NCBI GenBank assembly: GCA_964406795.1
Contig: CAYOTA010000002.1
Location: 17,549 to 81,548, forward strand
Length of the DNA stretch: 64,000 nucleotides
Direction: 5' to 3'
DNA from: an uncultured Gammaproteobacteria bacterium
GTDB taxonomy: Bacteria; Patescibacteriota; Microgenomatia; Levybacterales; GWA1-39-11
Part shown: positions 8,304 to 18,510 of the stretch, one piece after another
Layout of the letters: every line of letters begins with the position of its first letter
Numbering within the stretch: the first letter of the stretch is position 1
Position numbers and translations under genes: made by a program
Notes under the pieces: model-generated
Databases searched by the model: none
The model's input: only the letters and a program-made list of their open reading frames with translations
Told to the model about the DNA's origin: nothing

Positions 8304-10973
8304 CTAAATCAATTGTAAAAATGGCAACTTTTTTCTGAATACATATACCACTAATCCAAGAATAACTAAAATAAGAATTACAATTACTCCCTGAACACTG
8401 TGTGATGCAAAGCCAGTCTGGACAAGTTTTATAGAAAGGTCTATGTCAATGTCTTTTTCATCCCCAGTTAAGGCAATTTTGTGCTCACCCGTGTAGCTTT
8501 TATAGGCTATTTTAACTGTATGTTCTCCAGGTTCTACTTTTTTAAACGTTGCGACCCCTTCACTGGATGCAATTGTTTTTTGAACTTTTGAGTGTATCTC
8601 AACCATGGCGCCACCCAGTGGTTTTCCATCAGCAGAAAGTTTTATGGTGAGGTCATATTCTGCAGTTTGTGATAGTTCTTGAGCCTTAACAATTTTTGAT
8701 TCTGAGCTTATTTTGCCTCTGCTCTGCTCAGTTTCACAGGGGAGCTTTAACACATTTTCTAACGGTAGCATATCCTCTATAAACGGATACTCTTTTATAT
8801 TTAATTCTACAATTTCTGCGTAGCGTGTTCCTTCTCCCAAGTATTTTCGTGAAATGGACCACAGACTATCTCCTTTTTGAACAGCGTACTCGCACAAATT
8901 TTCTTTTTTTATCGTTTCTGATGGTAGATTGGGAGTGGCTATTTTTCGAATCTCCTCGACAGTTGAAATTGATTGTTGATTAAACAATTTTTGGATTATG
9001 TTTGGATGAGACAGATATGTGGTGGATGATGACATAATCGGGGAATAATTACCTGGTGCGCATCCATTTTGAGAGCGCACCTTAAAGTACCAAATAGTGT
9101 TATAGCTTAAATCATTTACGCTGAAGCTTATGGCCCCACTCGTATCGGAACTATTAAAGGTTGCTGTGTATTGGTCAGCACTATTTGATGTCCCGTATGA
9201 AATAGTGTAACCAGTCGTGTTGCTGCCTGTAGGGGTGAAATAAAGCGTAGACGAATTAGCGTTCGATTTTATCTGATATATAATTGGGACCCCAGATGGT
9301 ACTTGAGTTGTGCAGCTTGGAGGCGTTGACGAGCCGCTTGTGCTGTTTGACGTGCCTGAAGCACCTGAGCTGGGTGTGGGTGTCGAATCTGCTGTTTCAT
9401 ATTGCAAGGATATGCTTGTGAAAGCGGGCGTTGAAGCACTATCTGTGTTGGCTAGTATTACTTGATACTGAATATATCTATCAGTGTCTGTGACACACGC
9501 ATTTGCTGACATGTCTGATCCACTCGAAATAGCAGTGCAGGTTCCAAATGCTGGAGCTCCTACCATGGACGCAGAGTTACTCGTACGCACTTTTACAGCA
9601 GTACTTGTGTTTGTTGGATTCGTAACAGAGTATGTTACTGAGCCAAATGTTGTGTTTTGAGTTGTGTCAAGTATGGAAGATGTTATGGACGCCGTGGATG
9701 GATAAAGGCCTTCTTCGGAACCAAATGTGTTAAAAGTGTTATTTTCTGATTTGTAGCTTGCAGCAATCCAGTCAGGAGTTTGAGCTATTGTAGAAATCCT
9801 TACTTCGTCCATTCTTCCATTCCAATTTCTATTAAGATTTCCAAAGTCTCCCATACGCAAATTTGAAGAAGAATCCTGCAGAGATGAAGGTATAGTACCA
9901 TTAAATGTGAGTGTCTGGGCTGCACCATCTACATATATTTTTAATTTTCCACTATTTCCTGAGCCAGCGCTGTCATACGTAAATGTAACATTATGCCAGC
10001 CAGTGGACCAAGCACCAGTATTTGTTATTCCATTATTATCTCCGGGATCATTGAGGGCATTTGCAATAAATACTTGCAGCTGGGTGTTGTCAGAGTTTCC
10101 TGTTTGAATTGCCCAGCTCCCTTCCGAACTATAAAACCATTTGGAGGCTAAACTTTTGGCTGTGGAGAGCGAATCCTGATTTGCCCAGAGAGACACAGTC
10201 AGTTGATTTCGGGTAAAATCCGGACTATCTGCGCTCACTATATAGTCATCAATCCCGTCTAGGCTTCTTGCTCCGTCTATTCTTCCTAAATTAGTAAATA
10301 TAGGAAAGCTAATGCAGCTTCCGTCGTTATTGTTAATAGTTGAGTCAAGAAAAGATGTAGGACAGGTGTTCAGTTGTTCTAAGTGGTATACAAGTGCATA
10401 GTTAGAATTCCATGTGCCTTCCGGATTCTCAGCGTCACTTGCAGCAGGATTCCCATAATACATATAGATGTTGTCAGTATTTGATGAGGCGTTTACTTGG
10501 GGAACATTTACCCAGACCCAAGCCTCTTCACCAGCTTGATCCCATTTCTCTATCTCGTAATTTAAAAGAGTGGTTCCATTAGAGTCTGTAAATCTAATAT
10601 CTTCACCGTTTGTTTTTGCCTTAGAAAAGTCAAAGTTACTTGAGGTGAGTGCAACCTGAACTGGGAAATTGACCAGATTGGACGTTTGAGCTGAATTATC
10701 AAACGTAATTTTCTTGCGGTAGTCCCAACTGTTGTTGTACCAATTAGTTTGTGCTTGAATTGCAAACTGTCCCACCGTTGAATAGTCAATATCTGTGGAC
10801 GTTGAGAATTTTGTTGCATCGGTAAAACTAGTTTGCCCTGGGCCTCCTGACCAGTCTGTCTGAGTCCATGTGGAAGTTGCTGCAAAAACTAATGCTGGGA
10901 TTTTAAGAAAGAAAAAAAGAAAGATTACAAGTAACCCAAAAAATAAAAAACGATAGTTTGTAAATTTATTCAC
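8304..10973 (-). CDS. Large cell-surface protein (889 aa): N-terminal TM, DUF2341, LamG/concanavalin-like domain, Ser/Thr-rich region, LysM, C-terminal TM anchor
   Basis: DUF2341-like WDYRKKITFDNSAQ...NIYMYYGNPAA. LamG-like DGIDDYIVSADSPDF...LKIYVDGAAQ. LysM EYAVQKGDSLWSISRKYLGEGTRYAEIVELN. C-terminal VIVILILVILGLVVYVFRKK. Confidence 0.7.
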   Translation of the reverse strand: MNKFTNYRFLFFGLLVIFLFFFLKIPALVFAATSTWTQTDWSGGPGQTSFTDATKFSTSTDIDYSTVGQFAIQAQTNWYNNSWDYRKKITFDNSAQTSNLVNFPVQVALTSSNFDFSKAKTNGEDIRFTDSNGTTLLNYEIEKWDQAGEEAWVWVNVPQVNASSNTDNIYMYYGNPAASDAENPEGTWNSNYALVYHLEQLNTCPTSFLDSTINNNDGSCISFPIFTNLGRIDGARSLDGIDDYIVSADSPDFTRNQLTVSLWANQDSLSTAKSLASKWFYSSEGSWAIQTGNSDNTQLQVFIANALNDPGDNNGITNTGAWSTGWHNVTFTYDSAGSGNSGKLKIYVDGAAQTLTFNGTIPSSLQDSSSNLRMGDFGNLNRNWNGRMDEVRISTIAQTPDWIAASYKSENNTFNTFGSEEGLYPSTASITSSILDTTQNTTFGSVTYSVTNPTNTSTAVKVRTSNSASMVGAPAFGTCTAISSGSDMSANACVTDTDRYIQYQVILANTDSASTPAFTSISLQYETADSTPTPSSGASGTSNSTSGSSTPPSCTTQVPSGVPIIYQIKSNANSSTLYFTPTGSNTTGYTISYGTSNSADQYTATFNSSDTSGAISFSVNDLSYNTIWYFKVRSQNGCAPGNYSPIMSSSTTYLSHPNIIQKLFNQQSISTVEEIRKIATPNLPSETIKKENLCEYAVQKGDSLWSISRKYLGEGTRYAEIVELNIKEYPFIEDMLPLENVLKLPCETEQSRGKISSESKIVKAQELSQTAEYDLTIKLSADGKPLGGAMVEIHSKVQKTIASSEGVATFKKVEPGEHTVKIAYKSYTGEHKIALTGDEKDIDIDLSIKLVQTGFASHSVQGVIVILILVILGLVVYVFRKKLPFLQLI

Positions 10974-11466
10974 ACCACTATGATTGCAAGCTCAACTATA
11001 ATAGTATGCCTTTTGATGACTATATTGCAATATCTTGGTGCGGAAGAGGATTCTTGTTTTGAACCATTCAATGCAATCCTCACTCAATTTAACAAATTAA
11101 TGCTTGCCTATAAACTTGCGATGAACCATGATTTAACTAGGTAAGACTTATCAATGATACTTTAAGTTAAGAAGTGGGATTTAAAAATGATGAGAAGGAT
11201 TAATTGGCAATTTGTGCTTGTTAGTGAATTTAAGTGTTGAGAGGATTTGATCCAGCTCTTTTCATTCCATTTCGTCGTGATAACGAAGTGCTATAGTGAG
11301 GATTTGTTGACCTTTTTTAACATAAATAACCTTGAAAATGCCCCCTCCTTCTAAAAATGGGGCCTTACATTTCCTTGTTTCTACCATATTTACAGTTTGT
11401 TCATCAATTTTATACTCATACTTCTTGTGGCTTGCATAGTTGATTTTATTATTATAGTATTTTTGT

Positions 11467-12375
11467 GTGAATAACCAATTAGAAAATAATGATCCATTTG
11501 GATTGTCTCGACTTGACGATCCTGAATTTGAAGCCAGCGAAAGAGCCAGACTAACCGTGAGCGATGAGGGTGAGATTCCTCCTCCTGAAATGCAAAAGAC
11601 TTTTGTCGATTACGTTGAAAGCATTGATCAACATTATCAAGATGCAGGTAATAATGTGGATTTAAAAGTTGTCCCAGAGGCACTTTTTTATGCGAGTCGG
11701 GTAAATCTTACACACAGAGAATTAAATAGCCGAAGATATTACAAACGTCTCACTCAAGGCAATTTTTCTTTTAGTGACATTTCTGCAGAGCTATTTATAG
11801 ACAAATCCGCAAATGGAAATTATAGTGGTAAGATTAGTAAATATGGAGAAGGTCCAAGTTTTACTGGGGGACCCACAGAGCATGTTGAGGTTTATTTTAC
11901 GCCACCTTCATTTAAATCTCAGAACGGAGTTGCATTTGAAGAGATATCTATCGATGCTGAATTTGCTGGTAAAAATTTAGCTGTGAAATATGATCAAGGT
12001 GGTGAACTGTCAGCATTTGATTTTGATGTCAATAACTCTAGTGAAATTCGAGTACGAAATTTTCCGATTAAACGAATTATGGAGGAAGGTGAAGCTGAGT
12101 ATATTTCAGGTAATATTAAATATCAGGCAAAAGTAGATTCTGAGACTGGCTTTATTTCAATTGAACTCTTGACAGGAGGAAATAGTGAAGACAATTTCGT
12201 AATACCCTATAAAATTGATGGAAAAAGAATTTTTGAAGAATTAGTGCCAAAACCATTATTTGATAATTTGCAGCAAGCGGATCTAGATGCAGATAAAACC
12301 TGGAAAGACTTTAGTTTGAGAACATTTGGAATTAAATGGGATATGCCTTCAGAGATTCAAAATCCATCGCAATAG
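11467..12375 (+). CDS. Hypothetical cytoplasmic protein (302 aa)
   Basis: ORF after a ~490 bp AT-rich intergenic region. No recognisable motifs. Confidence 0.5.
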   Translation: MNNQLENNDPFGLSRLDDPEFEASERARLTVSDEGEIPPPEMQKTFVDYVESIDQHYQDAGNNVDLKVVPEALFYASRVNLTHRELNSRRYYKRLTQGNFSFSDISAELFIDKSANGNYSGKISKYGEGPSFTGGPTEHVEVYFTPPSFKSQNGVAFEEISIDAEFAGKNLAVKYDQGGELSAFDFDVNNSSEIRVRNFPIKRIMEEGEAEYISGNIKYQAKVDSETGFISIELLTGGNSEDNFVIPYKIDGKRIFEELVPKPLFDNLQQADLDADKTWKDFSLRTFGIKWDMPSEIQNPSQ

Positions 12376-12398
12376 TATGAGGCTCTACTGAATCATTG

Positions 12399-12481
12399 TG
12401 CCCGAGAGAGGACTCGAACCTCCACGTCTTTACAGACACAGCGTTCTGAACACTGCGTGTATACCATTTCACCACTCGGGC
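12399..12481 (-). tRNA. tRNA-Leu (anticodon CAG), class II
   Basis: Minus strand GCCCGAGTGGTGAAATGGTATACACGCAGTGTTCAGAACGCTGTGTCTGTAAAGACGTGGAGGTTCGAGTCCTCTCTCGGGCA. Anticodon loop TTCAGAA, long variable arm. Confidence 0.8.
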
Positions 12482-12671
12482 AAATCTAGCTAATTGCCCG
12501 CAGTTATCGCGCAGCGAGCCTGCCTCGCAACATTTGAACAGCGGGCTTATGACAGTATTATACAAAATTAGACACTACTATTCTCTCTTGACAGGAATTT
12601 TACCACGTAGTATGTTCAAATTAGGTTTAAAAAAGTTGAGTTATATTAACCTGGAAAGGTGGTGATTTTAT

Positions 12672-13076
12672 ATGGAAGTAAATTATGTAGCAGTTTTAGT
12701 ATGTGCTATAGCTAGTATGGTCATAGGATCTGTGTGGTACGGGCCTCTTTTTGGAAAAACCTGGACTAAGTTAGTTGGTTTAACTAAAGAAGACTTGGAA
12801 AAAGGTAAAAAAACCATGCCTCAAACGTATAGCATGATGTTTGTAACATCACTCATAACATCATTTGTGTTAGCAGTTACGATAAGTATGGCACCTATGC
12901 CAGGAATGATGACAGGTATAACTGGCGCTTTCTGGGTGTGGCTAGGTTTTGTAGCCGCCGTAAAATATTCTGATGTGCTTTTTGAAAAAAAGCCATTAAG
13001 GCTTTATTTTATAGAAATTGGGTATTACTTTGTATTTTTACTGGTTGCGGGCTTAATCTTGGGTTCTTGGATGTAA
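12672..13076 (+). CDS. Small integral membrane protein (134 aa, 3-4 TM)
   Basis: Hydrophobic segments. Terminator hairpin downstream. Confidence 0.55.
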   Translation: MEVNYVAVLVCAIASMVIGSVWYGPLFGKTWTKLVGLTKEDLEKGKKTMPQTYSMMFVTSLITSFVLAVTISMAPMPGMMTGITGAFWVWLGFVAAVKYSDVLFEKKPLRLYFIEIGYYFVFLLVAGLILGSWM

Positions 13077-13090
13077 TACAAGTGAATTTT

Positions 13091-13128
13091 CAAAAGGGTT
13101 AGGATTACTTCTAGCCCTTTTATTTTGG
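13091..13128 (+). terminator. Intrinsic terminator AAAAGGGTTAGGATTACTTCTAGCCCTTTTATTTT
   Basis: GGGTTAG/CTAGCCC stem followed by T-rich tract, directly after the 12672-13076 ORF. Confidence 0.55.
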
Positions 13129-13199
13129 AGCGGGAGACGGGAATCGGACCCGCTACATCTTCCTTGGCAAGGAAGCATTCTACCGGTGAATTACTCCCG
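13125..13199 (-). tRNA. tRNA-Gly (anticodon GCC), CCA encoded
   Basis: GCGGGAGTAATTCACCGGTAGAATGCTTCCTTGCCAAGGAAGATGTAGCGGGTCCGATTCCCGTCTCCCGCTCCA. Confidence 0.85.
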
Positions 13200-13240
13200 C
13201 TTAAAAAACGAAGTTTTTTAAGCACCGCGTTTTCGCTCGC

Positions 13241-13519
13241 TTAAAGCTCGCTCAAATTCGGCGCAGGTAGCTTGATTCCTGCGATTAGCTTTAATTTCCT
13301 TTCTCGTGTCCAGGTCTTAATTTCTAATTCTCGTCTTAGAGCCTGGCTTTTCGTATTATATTCTTCTGAATAGACTAATGTAACTGGCAACTTTCCTCTG
13401 AGAGATTTTGCTCCTTTTGGGCTAGAATTATGTTCTACTACTCTTTTTTGGATATTTAGTGAATATCCTGTGTAAAGACTTTCATCTCTACACTTCACTA
13501 TATAAATGTAGTGTTTCAT
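13241..13519 (-). CDS. GIY-YIG nuclease family protein (UPF0213-like, ~92 aa)
   Basis: MKHYIYIVKCRDESLYTGYSLNIQKRVVEHN...GAK matches the GIY-YIG core (YIY...GSLYTGYT...RL.EHN). Confidence 0.7.
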   Translation of the reverse strand: MKHYIYIVKCRDESLYTGYSLNIQKRVVEHNSSPKGAKSLRGKLPVTLVYSEEYNTKSQALRRELEIKTWTRERKLKLIAGIKLPAPNLSEL

Positions 13520-13624
13520 GAGCAGTGTGCTGAATTTGAGCCTTGAATCCAAAGTTCACATATCAGTGTGGCAGTTTTGAGTTCACGAAAACCTGCCACT
13601 TAAATTTTACTTGGAAAATTTAAG

Positions 13625-13697
13625 TGCCAAGACCAGGACTCGAACCCGGATAACTTGTTCTTCAGACAAGCGCCTTGACCATCTTGGCTATCTTGGC
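13625..13697 (-). tRNA. tRNA-Phe (anticodon GAA)
   Basis: GCCAAGATAGCCAAGATGGTCAAGGCGCTTGTCTGAAGAACAAGTTATCCGGGTTCGAGTCCTGGTCTTGGCA. Confidence 0.85.
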
Positions 13698-13878
13698 GAA
13701 CGAGCAGAAATTATTTTCTGCGAGTGAAACAAGACATGAACGAAGTTCATATCTTGGCTTGAGTGAAACGAAAGCCAAGTCAAGTTCTGAAAGAACTTAT
13801 CTTGGCAACGCCAAACTTAACGTCTTGTTATTTTACCAAAAAATTACAAATTATTCAGCTTTTGTTGAATTGACGTAT

Positions 13879-14361
13879 CTATGCAGCTTGTTTGAGAGTT
13901 TTTGACCACCTTTGTTTCCACTTGTCTGTAATTTCCTTTGATGGAAGAACTATCAGTGGCTTCGGGCTTTTAAAATATTTACTTTGCACAGTTAATTCAT
14001 GAACTGCAAGCTGTAAATTACGAGGGTAATGATTTTCTTTTTGTTCCTCTGTGTATCCGGTTTGCATAAAAGTTTCCGTTTTTTCCCGTAAGTTTTTTAG
14101 AAGGGTCTCATTTATTTCATTTTGATTGTTTCTGTTAAAAAATAAAGCTATACGTCCTTGCTTATTGTGTTCTTGCTCTTGCTGTTTTAATACCCAGGTT
14201 GCCAAACAATAGGTAGCAAGCAGACCATCCCGTGTGGGGTCTGCCCCCAGAGATGTAGCTATTCTTTCTCCTTCTGGATGAAGCAAGTCTATAAGTTTGA
14301 TATATGCTCTATCTTCTTTGCTTAAGTTTTTAGGTAAAGGCATATGATCAGGGCTTCTCAT
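13879..14361 (-). CDS. Hypothetical protein (160 aa)
   Basis: ORF only. Confidence 0.45.
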   Translation of the reverse strand: MRSPDHMPLPKNLSKEDRAYIKLIDLLHPEGERIATSLGADPTRDGLLATYCLATWVLKQQEQEHNKQGRIALFFNRNNQNEINETLLKNLREKTETFMQTGYTEEQKENHYPRNLQLAVHELTVQSKYFKSPKPLIVLPSKEITDKWKQRWSKTLKQAA

Positions 14362-14392
14362 ATTTAAAGTATACCAAACTTAAAACGCTTAT

Positions 14393-15664
14393 CTATACTG
14401 TTCCTTCTTTCCAAGAGGACAGATATTTTTTCTGCCCTGGGGTGAGTGTGTCAAATGACACTCCCATAGCTTTAAGTTTTAGTGCTGCTACTTCTATATC
14501 TAGTTTTTTAGGTAACACGTGTACGCTGTTTGTTAACTTTCCTTTATTTTTTACAAAATATTCTGCAGCTAGTGCCTGATTTGCAAATGACATATCCATA
14601 ACTTCAGCAGGGTGGCCTTCTGCTGCTGCAAGATTTACCAGCCTACCTTCTCCCAATACATATAATTTGCGGCCATTTTTCATTACATACTCGTCTAAGG
14701 AGTCTCTCAGGCGTCTTTTAGATTTCTTTACTTTTTCAATTCCTGCCATATCTATTTCCACATCAAAATGTCCACTGTTTGCAATTATTGCCCCATCTCG
14801 CATTTGTTCTACATGCTCTACGGTTATTACATGTTTGTCACCAGTGGCTGAAACAAATACATCACCTATCTTTGCTGCGTCCTTCATTTTCATGACCCTG
14901 TACCCGTCCATAACGGCCTCTAAGGCACGTATAGGGTCAACCTCCGTTACGACTACGTTAGCACCCATTCCCTTGGCTCGAATGGCAATTCCTCTGGAAC
15001 ACCATCCGTATCCGCCTACTACAAAAGTTTTACCTGCCAGCAATATATTTGTAGCTCTAAGTATTCCATCAATGGTTGACTGCCCTGTTCCATACCTATT
15101 ATCAAATAAATGCTTTGTGTCAGAATCATTAACTGCAATAACCGGAAGTTTTAGCGCACCTTCTTTTTCCATAGCTTTTAGTCTGATAACACCAGTAGTT
15201 GTTTCCTCAGATGAACCCATAATTTCTTTGATCTGATCAGGTCTTTGCGTGTGCAGCAAATGAATTAAGTCTCCTCCGTCATCCATGGTGATGTGCGGGT
15301 GGTAATCAAGAACAGTATTTAAATGTTTGAAATATGTTTTGTTGTCCTCACCCTTTATAGCAAAGGTTGGAATGTCGTAGTCTAGGGCTAGGGACGCTGC
15401 CACTGAGTCCTGAGTAGAAAGAGGATTAGATGCATTTGCTACCACTTTTGCGCCTCCATCTTTTAATACTAATAATAAGTTTGCCGTTTCTGATGTTATA
15501 TGAAGGCAAGCGGCTATAGTTAACCCCTTTAAAGGTAATTCTTTCTTAAATCTATCCCCTATGCTTTTTAAAACCGGCATGGTTTGCCCTGACCATTCTA
15601 TTTTGAGCTTTCCTTCAGGTGCCAATTTTACATCTTTTACGTCCATTTGTATTGTGCTTTTCAT
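14393..15664 (-). CDS. ahcY: Adenosylhomocysteinase (S-adenosyl-L-homocysteine hydrolase)
   Basis: Global SahH similarity: NAD-binding [28 protein letters not shown], substrate-domain motifs (HLLHTQ..., TTTGV). Confidence 0.85.
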   Translation of the reverse strand: MKSTIQMDVKDVKLAPEGKLKIEWSGQTMPVLKSIGDRFKKELPLKGLTIAACLHITSETANLLLVLKDGGAKVVANASNPLSTQDSVAASLALDYDIPTFAIKGEDNKTYFKHLNTVLDYHPHITMDDGGDLIHLLHTQRPDQIKEIMGSSEETTTGVIRLKAMEKEGALKLPVIAVNDSDTKHLFDNRYGTGQSTIDGILRATNILLAGKTFVVGGYGWCSRGIAIRAKGMGANVVVTEVDPIRALEAVMDGYRVMKMKDAAKIGDVFVSATGDKHVITVEHVEQMRDGAIIANSGHFDVEIDMAGIEKVKKSKRRLRDSLDEYVMKNGRKLYVLGEGRLVNLAAAEGHPAEVMDMSFANQALAAEYFVKNKGKLTNSVHVLPKKLDIEVAALKLKAMGVSFDTLTPGQKKYLSSWKEGTV

Positions 15665-15672
15665 AGAATAAG

Positions 15673-16605
15673 TTACCAGTTTAACAGATGAGCATATGTT
15701 TTCAAGTACCTTTTTTTAAACTCTTCTACTGTGTATGTATGGTCTTGTCCACCGTAATTTTCCACCGCATATGCGCCTGCCACGCATCCCATTTGTCCGC
15801 TAATCTTTAAATCAAATCCTCGTGTTAGACCCGTTAGAAATCCTGCCCTCCATGCGTCACCGGCCCCAGTGGGGTCAAGTACCTTTTTTGCTTTGCATGG
15901 TTTTATTTTAATTTCTTCCCCATGATCATAAATAACCACTCCCTTGTCTCCCAGCGTTTTGACAACCACTTGATTCTTATTGTTTTCAGTCCAACTGGGA
16001 ACCATACTCTCCATAAGTTTGATTTCATAATCATTTCCTAATACATATGATGCGTGTGTTAGTCCTTTTTTTAAATCAGTTTTAGATGCTTGAGTTAAAA
16101 TAAATGCAGGGTCAAACATATAGTTTAATTTTTGATTTATGCACTGGTTAATAAAAGACATGGACCCGGTAGCACCACTTGGTCCTATAAATACTGTGTC
16201 TCCCTTTTTGGCGATAGTTGAAAGTTTTAGTGATGTGATTTTTTCAGAAGCACCGTAGAAATATCCCCAGATTTGATTGTGAGTTTTATCAGCCATAGCA
16301 AAGCCGGTGGAGGTAAAATTATCCTTGTCGATTTTTACGTACGAGGTATCAATTTTAAGCTTGTCAAAAGCTTTTTTATATTCTGCAAAATCTTTCCCTG
16401 CATAGGAAAATAATTTGTGCGCTGTTTTTAAAAGTCCTAGGGAATATGAAAGATTTCCTGCAGTACCTCCACGGCGTTTATCAAACTTATTTACAATAAA
16501 TGAAAGATTAATTTTGTGAAGCTGTTCGGGTAAAATGTGGTCTGCAAATGCGCCCGGAAAATCCATGATGTAATCAAACGCAATAGTTCCGGTAACTATA
16601 ATCAT
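15673..16605 (-). CDS. PfkB-family carbohydrate/nucleoside kinase, probably adenosine kinase
   Basis: C-terminal [14 protein letters not shown] (PfkB signature 2). In operon with ahcY (8-nt gap). Confidence 0.7.
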   Translation of the reverse strand: MIIVTGTIAFDYIMDFPGAFADHILPEQLHKINLSFIVNKFDKRRGGTAGNLSYSLGLLKTAHKLFSYAGKDFAEYKKAFDKLKIDTSYVKIDKDNFTSTGFAMADKTHNQIWGYFYGASEKITSLKLSTIAKKGDTVFIGPSGATGSMSFINQCINQKLNYMFDPAFILTQASKTDLKKGLTHASYVLGNDYEIKLMESMVPSWTENNKNQVVVKTLGDKGVVIYDHGEEIKIKPCKAKKVLDPTGAGDAWRAGFLTGLTRGFDLKISGQMGCVAGAYAVENYGGQDHTYTVEEFKKRYLKTYAHLLNW

Positions 16606-16647
16606 CTAGTAAAAATTCACTAAGTGTTAACACTTAGTGAAACGAAG

Positions 16648-16720
16648 TGGGCGATGCAAGGGTCGAACTCGCGACATTCGCAGTGTAAATGCGACGCTCT
16701 ACCAACTGAGCTAATCGCCC
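16648..16720 (-). tRNA. tRNA-Val (anticodon TAC)
   Basis: GGGCGATTAGCTCAGTTGGTAGAGCGTCGCATTTACACTGCGAATGTCGCGAGTTCGACCCTTGCATCGCCCA. Confidence 0.85.
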
Positions 16721-16814
16721 AAAAAAAACTTACGCTTCAATCTCTATTCTACCAACTTATATATGGCTAATCAAGTTGGTGTCCTAGCTTAGCTGGGGCT
16801 TACCGAGTTAGATT

Positions 16815-16900
16815 TGGTGCCCGGGAGAAGAGTCGAACTTCCACACCATTGCTGGCACATGCACCTCAAGCATGCTTGTCTACCATTCCAACACCCGGGC
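16815..16900 (-). tRNA. tRNA-Leu (anticodon GAG), class II, CCA encoded
   Basis: GCCCGGGTGTTGGAATGGTAGACAAGCATGCTTGAGGTGCATGTGCCAGCAATGGTGTGGAAGTTCGACTCTTCTCCCGGGCACCA. Confidence 0.8.
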
Positions 16901-17151
16901 TCATTTTCTCTCGCCCGCCGCTTGGCCGCGCGGGCAATTTGTCAATTATACCTAAATGGTACCTGATTTTAAACATGAAGATTATTAGAAGCTTCTCCAA
17001 CCAGTTCTTGACGAAAACTCATAAATTTGGTTTAATAATGTCTTAATCCTTGTGATTAAATTTTTTCTCATAACCACGATCTTTACAGCCTCCGTACTAC
17101 TCTTTCTCTTTTTTTTTGGAAATGCTATGCTAGACCTAGGAGTTATTCAAA

Positions 17152-18420
17152 ATGGAAGAATCATTGAATCAGTTGAAGGAAGTAGTTCAAAACCCTAAAA
17201 AGGTTCACCCCATAAAGTACGCACTTAAAACGTTTCATAAGAACCCCAAGTTTTATATAATATCTTTTGTATGGTCTATTATCTCCACGGCTGTAGGAAT
17301 TGCTCTATTTCTCAATCAAGAGCGGATTTTAGCTGAACGCAATGCACAAAACTTGGCACTTCAGGAGGATAATAAAAAAATAGAAATTTTACTCAACCAG
17401 ATTCAAGAACGTGACGAATATAAAATAAATGAAGATCTCAAGAAAAATCTAATTACAAATAAAGAAATCTATACTTCAACCATACAGACCTATGAATCGT
17501 TAACTGACATACCAGATACTAATAAAAAACTTCCTGAATTAGAAGAACAGTTCGCACTGATTTTAAATTACTTGGCTGAAACAAATAATTCGTCTGCAAC
17601 AGCGGAACTTAAAAAGCTAAAAGACAGTGTGGAGGCTGAAAAAAAGGCTCTGGCCGCCGCAGTCGCGTCCACTGGAGCTGGCTCCCCTATTTCTATAGAT
17701 AATCTTCCGTCATCTAATACTCCTCCAGGATCTGGTTTTAGCAGGCAGACGGTAGATGTAAACGGAAGTAAATATGTGGTGGATATTGTGGCCGGGAGCT
17801 TAGGTTCCACGCGCGTTATTGTAGATACAGCAACTGATGGGGATTGCCGTGATAACTGTCCGGTTTTATCAGTTGGGGATTATGTAGTGCGTAACGGCGG
17901 TTATGCAGGGATTAATGGATCTTATTTTTGTCCCGTAGATTACCCATCATGTGCTGGAAAAACAAATTCATTTGATACGTTGGCTATGAACAAGAACAAA
18001 AAATATATAAATTCAGATAACAATGTGTACAGTACGGTTCCAGCAGTAATTTCGGGAAGCGGGTTTTTGCGCTTTGTGGGGGCGTCTCAAGATTGGGGTC
18101 GGGATACAAGTGTTGACGGGGTACTGGCAAATCAGCCACTTATGGTGTCAGGCGGTAAGAGTGTTTTTGGGGGAGACGCTGATCCTAAAAAATCAGGAAG
18201 CGGATCCAGAGGCTTTATAGCCAATAAAGGAGGAACTGCTTATATAGGGATTGTGCGTGACGCGTCAGTAGCTCAAGCAGCACTCGTGCTTCAAACTATG
18301 GGTATGGATAATGCACTTAATTTAGATTCAGGCGGATCTCTTGCTCTTTTTGCCAACGGTAGATATCAGGCTGGCCCTGGACGTGCCGTCCCAAATGCAA
18401 TAGTTTTCGTCAATAAATAA
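17152..18420 (+). CDS. Membrane-anchored phosphodiester glycosidase family protein (NAGPA-like domain)
   Basis: N-terminal TM, coiled-coil region, then C-terminal ...MGMDNALNLDSGGSLALF resembling the NAGPA/DUF2233 ALNLDGGGS signature. Confidence 0.6.
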   Translation: MEESLNQLKEVVQNPKKVHPIKYALKTFHKNPKFYIISFVWSIISTAVGIALFLNQERILAERNAQNLALQEDNKKIEILLNQIQERDEYKINEDLKKNLITNKEIYTSTIQTYESLTDIPDTNKKLPELEEQFALILNYLAETNNSSATAELKKLKDSVEAEKKALAAAVASTGAGSPISIDNLPSSNTPPGSGFSRQTVDVNGSKYVVDIVAGSLGSTRVIVDTATDGDCRDNCPVLSVGDYVVRNGGYAGINGSYFCPVDYPSCAGKTNSFDTLAMNKNKKYINSDNNVYSTVPAVISGSGFLRFVGASQDWGRDTSVDGVLANQPLMVSGGKSVFGGDADPKKSGSGSRGFIANKGGTAYIGIVRDASVAQAALVLQTMGMDNALNLDSGGSLALFANGRYQAGPGRAVPNAIVFVNK

Positions 18421-18510
18421 AACTTCGCTTTTTTTGCGTTTCCTAAAGTAAGCTTCGCTTTCTTGCGGTGTTCATATTTCGTTTCACTCAGCATTGTGCT
18501 CCTAAAATAG

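Noticed and set aside
11280-11420. 41-codon minus-strand ORF (MVETRKCKAPFLEGGGIFKVIYVKKGQQILTIALRYHDEME) in the long intergenic region
   Set aside because: Too short, and there is no RBS or partner gene. Possibly a toxin-gene remnant, but the evidence is insufficient.
14667-15236. 189-aa plus-strand ORF
   Set aside because: Lies entirely antisense to the well-supported ahcY gene. Low-complexity Ser/Thr/Ile composition typical of antisense frames.
16920-16960. GC-rich hairpin GCCCGCCGCTTGGCCGCGCGGGC upstream of tRNA-Leu(GAG)
   Set aside because: Imperfect stem. Likely just local secondary structure or a processing signal. No repeat copies found.
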